Assembly: GCA_046726275.1 (NCBI GenBank)
Contig: JBKPAF010000054.1
Coordinates: 471 to 64,470 of the forward strand
Direction of reading: 5' to 3'
DNA length: 64,000 nucleotides
Source of the DNA: Actinomycetota bacterium
GTDB taxonomy: Bacteria > Actinomycetota > UBA4738
Shown here: piece by piece, positions 1 to 7,956 of the stretch
Numbering within the stretch: position 1 is the first letter of the stretch
How the letters are laid out: each line of letters opens with the position of its first letter
The notes under the pieces: generated by a model
Databases searched by the model: none
What the model was told of the DNA's origin: nothing
What the model saw: the letters and a program-made list of their open reading frames with translations, nothing else
Translations under genes and position numbers: made by a program

Positions 1-1513
1 TGGCCTGGGGATCCTCCGCCTTCTGAATCTCCCTGCGGAAGATCACGTTGACTGCTCCTTCTGAACCCATGACGGCGATCTCGGCCGTCGGCCACGCGAA
101 CGAGGCATCCGCGCGCAGGTGTTTCGAGTTCATGACCACGTAGGCGCCTCCGTACGCCTTGCGGGTGATGACCGTGACCTTCGGGACGGTGGCTTCGGAG
201 AAGGCGTACAGGAGCTTCGCTCCGCGGCGGATGATCCCTCCGTACTCCTGCGCGGTGCCGGGGAGGAAGCCCGGAACGTCCTCGAACACCACCAGCGGGA
301 TGTTGAAGGCGTCGCAGAACCGGATGAACCGAGCGGCCTTCTCGCTCGACTCGTAGTCGAGCGTGCCGGCGAGCACCTTCGGCTGGTTCGCGATGATGCC
401 CACCGAGCGGCCGTCCAGCCGGGCGAACCCGATGACGATGTTGGCCGACCACAGAGGGAAGACCTCGAAGAACTCGCCCTCGTCCACGATCCGGCGGATC
501 GCCTCCTTCATGTCGTACGGAGCGCGGGGCGAGTGGGGGACCAGCGTGTTGAGGGACTCTTCTCGCCGGTTCGGGTCGTCTCTGGAGGCATAGGAGGGCG
601 GGTCCTCCAGATTGTTCGCCGGCAGGAACGACAGGAGGTACCGGACCTGGGAAAGGCAATCGTGCTCGTCGTCGGCGATGAAGCTGGCGATGCCCGACCG
701 GCTGGCGTGCGTGTTCGCCCCGCCGAGCTCTTCGAAGGTGACCTCCTCGCCGGTCACAGCCCGGATGACGTCCGGACCGGTGATGAACATGTGCGACGTA
801 CCCTTCACCATGAACACGAAGTCCGTGATGGCCGGGGAGTAGACGGCTCCGCCCGCACAGGGCCCCATGATCACCGAGACCTGCGGGATCACGCCCGAGT
901 ACCGGACGTTGCGGTCGAAGATGTAGCCGTAGCCGGCGAGGGATGCGGGGCCTTCCTGGATCCTGGCTCCCCCCGAATCGTTGATGCCGATCACCGGCGC
1001 GCCGACGGATGCGGCCAGGTCCATGATCTTGCAGATCTTCTCGGCCATGACCTCACCGAGGGAACCCCCGAAGATCGTGAAGTCCTGGGCGTAGACGAAG
1101 ACCTTCCGGCCGTCGATCGTCCCCCATCCGGTGACGACGCCGTCGGTGTAGGGGCGGACCCGATCGAGGCCGAACGTCCCTAGGCGATGGCGGGTGAGCG
1201 CGTCGGTCTCCACGAAGGAATCCGGATCGAGCAGGAGTTCCAGGCGTTCCCGGGCCGCGAGCTTCCCCCGGGCGTGCTGACGCTCGATGGCTTCCTGCCC
1301 GCCTCCCATCCGGGCCTTCTCCTTGAGGGCCCGGAGCTGCTCCAGCCGGTCGCCGATGGTGGGCGCGGCTTGCTCGGCGGCTTCATGAGGGCGGCCCGTT
1401 CGGACGGCCCCTGAAGGACCGGCGCCGTCGCCTGAAGCGTCTCCATCGGAAGGTTCCTCGGCGTAGGCTTCGCCGACCTCTTCCTCGCCTTCTTCCTTCT
1501 TGAGCTCGGCCAT
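1..1513 (-). CDS. pccB: Acyl-CoA carboxylase carboxyltransferase (beta) subunit, propionyl-CoA carboxylase PccB-like; C-terminus runs off the window
   Basis: This minus-strand ORF is open to the window edge, so it is absent from the track. Translated from the ATG at 1513 it reads [10 protein letters not shown]...[31 protein letters not shown]...[27 protein letters not shown]...[13 protein letters not shown]...[17 protein letters not shown]...GGANTH. These are typical carboxyltransferase motifs. The plus ORF 119..1183 is its antisense shadow. Confidence 0.9.
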   Translation of the reverse strand, partial: MAELKKEEGEEEVGEAYAEEPSDGDASGDGAGPSGAVRTGRPHEAAEQAAPTIGDRLEQLRALKEKARMGGGQEAIERQHARGKLAARERLELLLDPDSFVETDALTRHRLGTFGLDRVRPYTDGVVTGWGTIDGRKVFVYAQDFTIFGGSLGEVMAEKICKIMDLAASVGAPVIGINDSGGARIQEGPASLAGYGYIFDRNVRYSGVIPQVSVIMGPCAGGAVYSPAITDFVFMVKGTSHMFITGPDVIRAVTGEEVTFEELGGANTHASRSGIASFIADDEHDCLSQVRYLLSFLPANNLEDPPSYASRDDPNRREESLNTLVPHSPRAPYDMKEAIRRIVDEGEFFEVFPLWSANIVIGFARLDGRSVGIIANQPKVLAGTLDYESSEKAARFIRFCDAFNIPLVVFEDVPGFLPGTAQEYGGIIRRGAKLLYAFSEATVPKVTVITRKAYGGAYVVMNSKHLRADASFAWPTAEIAVMGSEGAVNVIFRREIQKAEDPQA

Positions 1514-1585
1514 CGCTGGCAGTCTATCCCCCCTCGCGAAGGCAATGATCACCGAGGTGTCACTGCCTTCTCCTACCATCCGTTC

Positions 1586-2497
1586 ATGGAGCTCACGCCC
1601 GCTCAGCGCCGTACGTTGGAGCACCTGATCGGCCTCGGCTCACCTCCTCGGGTCCGTCCGGACCTGGCCGAAAGGGTCCGTCGCTCGTTGGAGGACCGCC
1701 TGGCCGAAGCCGGCGTTCGCCGCGGGTCGCGGGATCCCCTCTGGCTGGGGAAGCACCGGCTGAACGATCGGCAGCGGTGCGAGGGCTTGTTCCAGGCCGG
1801 GCTCAACCGAGAAGGCCCTCGGTTCGAGCACTCGCCGGCCACCGCGTCGGGCCGCCTGTTCCACAAGGCCATCGAGCTGGACGTCGCGACGGAGCGCGCC
1901 TTCGACCCAATCACCGTGAGCGAACGCGCGGCACTGAGCGCGGCCGATCAGGAGGTCTCGTTCGGACGCTACTGGAATGCCCTCGACGGGTTCGCGCGAG
2001 GGGACCTGATGGCGGACGCCGGCCGCCACCTCGCGCTGTTCCGGGATTCCTTCCCTCCTCTCGTCCGCAGGTGGGCCCCCCAGCCCGAGCTGTACCTGAA
2101 GGTCGTCCTCTCGGGCGGCCGCGTGATCCTGTCCGGGACGCCCGATCTGGTTCTCGGCCGGTCCCGACGGCTGGCCATCGACTTCAAGAGTGGCCGAGCA
2201 TGGCCGGAGCACCCCGAGGACATGCGCTTCTACGCGCTCCTCCTGCTGCTTCGAACCGGGGTTCCTCCCTATCGGGTCGCGACATTCTTCCTCGACTCGG
2301 GCGAATGGCAGGCCGAGGACGTCTCCGAGCAGACGTTGAAGCGCGCCTCCGACCGGGTCGTCGCGGCGGCCAGAACGGCGGTCGAGCTGGCCTCCGGCCG
2401 TGCCCCAAACCTGATGCCCGGTCGGTACTGCCCGCGATGTCCGCGCCTGTCCGGTTGCCCCGCAGCGGCCCAGATCGAGGGAAGGGTGGTGGCCTAG
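1586..2497 (+). CDS. PD-(D/E)XK nuclease, Cas4/RecB-exonuclease-like with 4-Cys Fe-S motif
   Basis: Track ORF of 303 aa. The nuclease core is GTPDLVLG...LAIDFKSG, followed by RFYALLL. An N-terminal Cys (QRCEG) plus C-terminal [10 protein letters not shown] (C-x2-C-x5-C) matches Cas4/AddB cluster spacing. No cas genes or CRISPR array are nearby. Confidence 0.7.
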   Translation: MELTPAQRRTLEHLIGLGSPPRVRPDLAERVRRSLEDRLAEAGVRRGSRDPLWLGKHRLNDRQRCEGLFQAGLNREGPRFEHSPATASGRLFHKAIELDVATERAFDPITVSERAALSAADQEVSFGRYWNALDGFARGDLMADAGRHLALFRDSFPPLVRRWAPQPELYLKVVLSGGRVILSGTPDLVLGRSRRLAIDFKSGRAWPEHPEDMRFYALLLLLRTGVPPYRVATFFLDSGEWQAEDVSEQTLKRASDRVVAAARTAVELASGRAPNLMPGRYCPRCPRLSGCPAAAQIEGRVVA

Positions 2498-3189
2498 CTC
2501 AGGCCCACCCCGAGGAGCTCCTCGAGCTTGGGGATGGTGAGGTCGGGGTGCCGGTGGAGCACCCCCGTCATCCCGATCGCCCGGGCACCTTCCACGTTGA
2601 CGGCGATGTCGTCGACGAATACACAAGAGGCCGGGGGAACAAGCAGGTGGCGAGCGGTCCGATAGAAGATCTCGGGGTCGGGCTTGCGCACACCTTCCTC
2701 GCCCGACAGAACCACGGCGTCGAAGACGTCCTCGTACCAGGGGAGGGGGTCCCGGAGGCCCCAGGTGTTGGAGACCAGCGCCGTCTTGATGCCGCAGGCC
2801 CGTGCCGAACGAACCGCCCCGATCATCCGATCGTCGGGAACGGCGCCGCCGAAAAGCCTCAGGGTGAGGTCGGTGGACTCTACGGGTTGGTCCAAGCCCT
2901 CCGATAGCACCGCGGCGAGCCGGTCGTTGAACTCCTCGACCGCCATGCGACCGGTCTCGATGGCGGAGACCAGGTCCTCTAGGCCTTCGTGGGCATGCTC
3001 TTCGTCGGGGTCGGCGCGGTACGCCGCCGCGAGAACCACTCTCAGCCGTTCCGGGCTTACCCCCGTCGTCAGACAGAACTGCGCGAAGCTCGCGGAGACG
3101 GGAGTGGTAAGGACTCCTCCGTAGTCGACGAGCAGGGCGGCGTATGCGTGGTTCCGATCTGCGTCGGCTCGCTCGGATCGGGTGGTCAC
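2494..3189 (-). CDS. HAD-superfamily hydrolase (sEH/ACAD10 N-terminal phosphatase-like subfamily)
   Basis: This is the in-frame 3' part of track ORF 2494..3720. The GTG at 3189 overlaps the upstream stop (GTGA). Motifs: LLVDYGGVLT (motif I variant), LVSNT, KPDPEIF, FVDDIAVN. Confidence 0.8.
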   Translation of the reverse strand: MTTRSERADADRNHAYAALLVDYGGVLTTPVSASFAQFCLTTGVSPERLRVVLAAAYRADPDEEHAHEGLEDLVSAIETGRMAVEEFNDRLAAVLSEGLDQPVESTDLTLRLFGGAVPDDRMIGAVRSARACGIKTALVSNTWGLRDPLPWYEDVFDAVVLSGEEGVRKPDPEIFYRTARHLLVPPASCVFVDDIAVNVEGARAIGMTGVLHRHPDLTIPKLEELLGVGLS

Positions 3190-4256
3190 GAGCCGATCAC
3201 CGAAAGTGCGAGGGCTCCCAACGCCGGCACCCCCTCTTCCAGTCGGGCGAAGAAGGGGTCGTCGGTGACCCCGGCGACATGCCGCGCGTAGCTGCCTTCG
3301 AGCAGGATGGCGAGCTTCCACAACGCGAGCGCCATGTAGAACGCGAGGTCCCCGACGGGCCGCCCGGACATCGCCTCGTAGCGGGCCAGAAGCTCCTCCC
3401 GAGATTGGAAGCCCGGAAGCCGCGTCACCGTCTGCTCGTCCAGGATGCGCTCCTCCGGGTCCTTCGGCCCGCGCCAGAGCGAGATCATCCAGCCGACGTC
3501 CGCCAGGGGATCTCCGAGCGTGGACATCTCCCAGTCGAGGATGGCGGCCAGGCGAACCGGTCCATCGAGCCGGAAGGCAACGTTGTCCAGCTTGTAGTCG
3601 CCGTGGACGATGGTCACCTCGCCCCCGGCCGGAACCCGGTCCTCGAGCCATTTCCCCACTCGATGCAGGTCGGGGAGAGGGCGGGTCAGCGGCTCGGTCA
3701 GCGCGAGCTGCCCGTTCCATCGCCTAAGCTGCCGCTCGAGATATCCGGAGGGCTTCCCGAACCCCTCCAGGCCCACCCGTCGCCAGTCAACCGAATGGAG
3801 CTCGACGAGCGCATCCACTAGTTCCTCCCCGATCGCCCGGGGGGAGCGCTCGTCCGCGCCCAGCGGTTCCGGAAGGGTGCTCCGGATCACGACGCCCTCC
3901 ACTCTCTCCATGAGATAGAAGGGGGCGCCGATGACGGAGGCGTCGTCGCACATCAGGATCGTCCTGGGCGCGCGGACGTCCGTCCCGGCCAGCGCCGACA
4001 GGATGCGGTACTCGCGGGCGACGTCGTGGGCGGTCGGCAGGAACGCCCCTCGAGGCGGTCGCCGGAGGATCCACTCGTCACCGTCCATACGGACGATGAA
4101 CGTTTCATTCGAGTGCCCGGCCACATGCCGTTGCACTTCGAACGACCCGGATCGGGGGCCGCTTGAACCCGCGTCCCGTAGGAGCTCGGGATGGCGGCTT
4201 CGGAGGTACCGCTCCAGCGCCCGGGGATCGACCAGGGGTTGGGCTTCCTGCCGCAC
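3186..4256 (-). CDS. APH/ChoK-family phosphotransferase (ACAD10/11 kinase-domain-like, LvaA-like)
   Basis: 3' part of track ORF 3186..4826. The GTG at 4256 lies 8 nt after the upstream ACAD stop. Motifs: AGHSNETF, FYLMERVEG, IVHGDYKLDN (catalytic loop), ILDWEMSTLGDPLADV. Confidence 0.8.
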   Translation of the reverse strand: MRQEAQPLVDPRALERYLRSRHPELLRDAGSSGPRSGSFEVQRHVAGHSNETFIVRMDGDEWILRRPPRGAFLPTAHDVAREYRILSALAGTDVRAPRTILMCDDASVIGAPFYLMERVEGVVIRSTLPEPLGADERSPRAIGEELVDALVELHSVDWRRVGLEGFGKPSGYLERQLRRWNGQLALTEPLTRPLPDLHRVGKWLEDRVPAGGEVTIVHGDYKLDNVAFRLDGPVRLAAILDWEMSTLGDPLADVGWMISLWRGPKDPEERILDEQTVTRLPGFQSREELLARYEAMSGRPVGDLAFYMALALWKLAILLEGSYARHVAGVTDDPFFARLEEGVPALGALALSVIGS

Positions 4257-4264
4257 GAGATGCC

Positions 4265-5479
4265 TCAGGCCACGCCGCCCGTGGCCGGCCTCGTGGTCCC
4301 CTCGACGGCCATCGACCTCACGAGGTTCCTGGCGATGAGCATCCGGTGGACCTCGGAGGGGCCGTCGTAGATCCGAGCCGCTCGAGCGTCCCGGTAGAAG
4401 CGTTCCAGAGGCAGGTCCCCCGAATACCCCAGGGAGCCGCAGATCTGGATGGCCCGGTCGACGATCTGCCCAAGCGTCTCCGCCACGAAGACCTTGACGA
4501 TGGCCACCTCCTGCTTGAAGCGTCGTCCGGTCTCGATCTTCCACGCCGCATGCAGGACCATGAGCCGGGCCGCGTAGAGGTCGATCGCCGAGTCGGCCAG
4601 CATCCAGGCGACGGCTTCGTGGCGAGCGAGTTGCTGTCCGAACGCCTCCCGGGAGATCGCCCGCTCCGTGGCGATGTCGAGGGCTCTCTGGGCCACTCCG
4701 ATCCACCGCATGGCGTGGGCCAGGCGGGCCGGGCCCAGTCTCACCTGGGAAAGCGCAAATCCCTCTCCCGTACGCCCCAGCAGCGCACCAGCGTCCACCC
4801 GGCAGTCGTTCAGCCGGACCTCGCAATGGCCACCCGGTCCCTCCGTGCCCATGACCGGGATCTCGCGCACGACCTCCCAGCCGGGGTTGGACGCGTCCAC
4901 CAGGAACAGGCTGTAGCGATCCCGAGGCTCGACGGCAGCGTCATCCTCCGTGGCGGCGACCACGATGGCGAAGGCGGCGCCGTTGGCCCCGGTGATGAAC
5001 CACTTCTCCCCGTTCAGCACCCAGCCGTCGTCGTCGCGCTTGGCGGTAGCGCGCAGCTGTGTGGGGTCGGACGAAGCGACGTCCTTCTCGGTCATGGCGA
5101 AACAGGAGCGGACGCTCCCATCGGCGAGCGGCCGCAGGTAGCGTTCCTTCTGCTCGTCCGACGCGGCATGGAGCAGGAGATGCATGTTGCCTTCGTCGGG
5201 CGCCATGCAGTTCAGCGCCGCCGGGGCGAGGGCCGAGACCCCGAGCTCTTGGGAAACGAGAGCCATCCCGAGGGGCCCCAGACCGAGCCCTCCCCACTCC
5301 GACGGCAGATGCGGATTCCACAGACCCGCTGCCCGTGCCCGCGTCCGCAGCTCGGCGAGGCTCGCATCGAAGCTCGTCGCGTCGACTCCAGGCTCGACCG
5401 GCAGCACCTGATCGCGAACGAACGCGGCCACCCGCGACCGAACGTCTTCGAGCTCGGGTGGAACGGTGAAGTCGATCAC
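4265..5479 (-). CDS. Acyl-CoA dehydrogenase family protein (first gene of the ACAD-kinase-HAD operon)
   Basis: Track ORF of 404 aa. ACAD fold motifs: CFAMTEKDVASSDPT, NGEKWFITG, IQICGSLGYSGDLPLERFYRDARAARIYDGPSEVH. Confidence 0.9.
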   Translation of the reverse strand: MIDFTVPPELEDVRSRVAAFVRDQVLPVEPGVDATSFDASLAELRTRARAAGLWNPHLPSEWGGLGLGPLGMALVSQELGVSALAPAALNCMAPDEGNMHLLLHAASDEQKERYLRPLADGSVRSCFAMTEKDVASSDPTQLRATAKRDDDGWVLNGEKWFITGANGAAFAIVVAATEDDAAVEPRDRYSLFLVDASNPGWEVVREIPVMGTEGPGGHCEVRLNDCRVDAGALLGRTGEGFALSQVRLGPARLAHAMRWIGVAQRALDIATERAISREAFGQQLARHEAVAWMLADSAIDLYAARLMVLHAAWKIETGRRFKQEVAIVKVFVAETLGQIVDRAIQICGSLGYSGDLPLERFYRDARAARIYDGPSEVHRMLIARNLVRSMAVEGTTRPATGGVA

Positions 5480-5569
5480 GAGAGCTATTTGACCACGGGG
5501 TGGCGACGGGCCTCATCGCGAGGTTCGGGGCAAGAACCTTTCAACACGGCCAGCCGTCAGGTGCATGGA

Positions 5570-6937
5570 ATGCGTGCTCCTGGTCGACCGGTATCTCTTG
5601 TGTCCTCAGTCGGCGCGGTCGTCCTCCTCCTCTTCACGACAGGGGTGAACGCGCGCCCTGACAGTGCGGTGCCAAAGGGGATTCGGCTGCAGACCGCTGG
5701 GGCATCCGCAACGGTTGCAACGTCCGAGTCAGGGGAGGAGCTGCCCCCGCCCGATTGTCCGGCCGCCGTCCCCGACCGGCTGAAGGCTCCGCGCCTTCCG
5801 TGGCCGGTCGTGTTCACGACCTCGTGCGGACGCTACGCCCTCTTCCGCGATGGGCGCCTGGCCAGGCTTCCCGCCGTGACGGAACCGGGCTGGCTGGCCC
5901 TGTCGTCCGCGGGCCCAGGCGTCCAAGCCCAGGTTCAAGACCGGCATGTGGTGTTCACCCGTCGCGGCGATGTCCTCTGGCGGTCCATGGGAACCTTCGA
6001 CCCTCAGTTCCTGGGCTCCTCGGTCTTCGGGGCCGGCTGGCTGGCCTTCAGTGTGTATGGCAGCGATTCGAGCGAGCTGTACATGAGCACAGTCCCTGGC
6101 TCGGAGCGCCATGTGGCTGGAAACGAGGATCCCATTAGCGTCACCGCGACCGGCAACCTGATCATCTCGCGAAGCCATGCGGACGGCGCCGATCCCGATC
6201 TGATCGTGCGCAGGCCGGATGGGATGCCCGCGGGTCTGATCGCTCGTTCGGTCTCGGTCTCCTACACGGAACCACAGTCAGGAACCCTGCTCTATCTCCA
6301 CGGCCGGACCCTTCAGCGGACGGATGGCGTGCGTTCCCGGACGGTCGCCCGACTCGAAGCTCTCGGCGTTCCAGGCCTCGAATTCGTCGATCGACTGGAG
6401 GACGGCCGCATCCTTTTGACCGGGCGGAGAAGCATCGCCGTGCTGGACCGCGATGGCCTGGTGCTCGCCAGCGCAACGCTTTCTCCGATTCCTCGTGGAG
6501 GTTCGGGATGGGTCAATGTTTCCTCGACGTACGGTCGGACCGGCCTGATCCTGAGCCCGGATCCCTCAACCAGCGGGATCGTCCTCATCCAGGCGGTATG
6601 GCGGGATGCGAACGCAGGGGGCGGACCTGGCTGGGAAGGTATCTATGAGCTTCGCGTCCGAGGAACGTCTGCGCGACTGCTGTTCGGTAAACGCCTCACG
6701 CTCGCCGTCTGCGCTCACGAATCCCATGTCTCCTGGCACGGCCGCTGGTTGCTGTACTCAGCCTGCGAGGGGCGAGTAGTGGCGATCGACACTACCGGTC
6801 GCCACCCGGCCATCGACCTCACGCGGGCAGGTCGTGCGGTCCCGATACCGAATGAGGAGCGAGCCTACGGCTCAGCCGCGGAGTGGGCGACCTTCGCAAC
6901 CCCCGCGGACATGGCCCGGTCCGGCCGAATGACCTAG
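5570..6937 (+). CDS. Secreted hypothetical protein (beta-rich, possibly propeller-like)
   Basis: 3' part of track ORF 4163..6937. From the in-frame ATG at 5570 it starts MRAPGRPVSLVSSVGAVVLLLFTTGVNA, which is signal-peptide-like. I recognised no family motif. GTG 5561 is an alternative start. Confidence 0.6.
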   Translation: MRAPGRPVSLVSSVGAVVLLLFTTGVNARPDSAVPKGIRLQTAGASATVATSESGEELPPPDCPAAVPDRLKAPRLPWPVVFTTSCGRYALFRDGRLARLPAVTEPGWLALSSAGPGVQAQVQDRHVVFTRRGDVLWRSMGTFDPQFLGSSVFGAGWLAFSVYGSDSSELYMSTVPGSERHVAGNEDPISVTATGNLIISRSHADGADPDLIVRRPDGMPAGLIARSVSVSYTEPQSGTLLYLHGRTLQRTDGVRSRTVARLEALGVPGLEFVDRLEDGRILLTGRRSIAVLDRDGLVLASATLSPIPRGGSGWVNVSSTYGRTGLILSPDPSTSGIVLIQAVWRDANAGGGPGWEGIYELRVRGTSARLLFGKRLTLAVCAHESHVSWHGRWLLYSACEGRVVAIDTTGRHPAIDLTRAGRAVPIPNEERAYGSAAEWATFATPADMARSGRMT

Positions 6938-7365
6938 CGGGAAGTCGCCGTCGGCCCCTCTTGGACCAACTCCACAAGCACTCCTCGAAACCCCCGGGGG
7001 TGGACGAACGCAACCGTAGTTCCCCGTGATCCGTGCCGCGGCGAGTCGTCCACGAGCGGGACACCAGCATCGCGCAGCCTGTCGAGAGCGGACGCGATGT
7101 CCGTAACCCGGTATCCGATGTGGTGCAATCCCTCGCCTCGCTTCTGAAGGAATCTTCCCACCGGGGTCTCCGGACCGAGCGCCGCCACCAGCTGGATATA
7201 GGACGAACCGGCTCGGAACAGAACTTCCTCCACTCCCTGGTCCTCCACCACCTCGCGGTGGATCGGCTCGATCCCCAGAGCCGCGCTGTACTCGCGCACG
7301 GCGGCATCGAGGTCGGCAACGGCGATCCCCACGTGGTCGATGTCCTGCAGAACGCACCCTTCCAC
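6934..7365 (-). CDS. mce: Methylmalonyl-CoA epimerase (VOC family)
   Basis: Track ORF of 143 aa. IDHVGIAVADLDAAVREY...GEGLHHIGYRV...TVAFVHPRGFRGVLVELVQ matches the MCE/glyoxalase-fold pattern. It sits in a propionate-metabolism context with pccB. Confidence 0.85.
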   Translation of the reverse strand: MEGCVLQDIDHVGIAVADLDAAVREYSAALGIEPIHREVVEDQGVEEVLFRAGSSYIQLVAALGPETPVGRFLQKRGEGLHHIGYRVTDIASALDRLRDAGVPLVDDSPRHGSRGTTVAFVHPRGFRGVLVELVQEGPTATSR

Positions 7366-7368
7366 GCG

Positions 7369-7743
7369 CTAGCGGCTCCTCCTCCGCCGGCCCTCGGCGG
7401 GCGCGGGCTGGAGGCGGGAGATCAGGTCCCACGCCTCCGGGAGGTGATACGCGGGGCTGGAGAGCGCGGCGATCATCGCCGCCACCCCTTGGTAGCGGAT
7501 CTGGGAAGGCGATCCCCCGGTCTTCAGCGCGTAGAACTCGACCAGCTCCATGAACTGCTTCAGCGAAGGGACGAGGCCTCCTCGTTCGTACGCATAGATC
7601 GTCTGCTGGGCGGCGGGGCAACCGGGCACGGCAGCCGCATCCTTGACCGCTCGATAGCCGGCCGACCGTCTGAGCCCTCGCAGAAGGCCGCCGATCCGTC
7701 GAGCGACATCGATTTCGACCGGCTCTTGCTTTTTTCGGGGCAC
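7369..7743 (-). CDS. XRE-like helix-turn-helix transcriptional regulator
   Basis: Track ORF of 124 aa with a GTG start preceded by AGGAGG 8 nt upstream. HTH-like segment: AAQQTIYAYERGGLVPSLKQFMELVEFY. It ends 3 nt before the mce start. Confidence 0.6.
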   Translation of the reverse strand: MPRKKQEPVEIDVARRIGGLLRGLRRSAGYRAVKDAAAVPGCPAAQQTIYAYERGGLVPSLKQFMELVEFYALKTGGSPSQIRYQGVAAMIAALSSPAYHLPEAWDLISRLQPAPAEGRRRRSR

Positions 7744-7956
7744 GAATCATCCTCCTGCAGGTGCCGGTTGTGATCGCCTGGCTGGCCTTTTCACCTTAGA
7801 GCCTGGGTTCCGATTTGTCAGAGAAGAGGCCCTGACCGGCCCATCCAGGGCTTCCGTTCCCTGGATGCGCCAAACGGGTACCGAGACCAAAGTCGCGGGC
7901 ACTCCAGCCCCGGTAAGGCCTTTGGTCCGTGGTTTGTTTCCAGCAGCCGGGGTACC

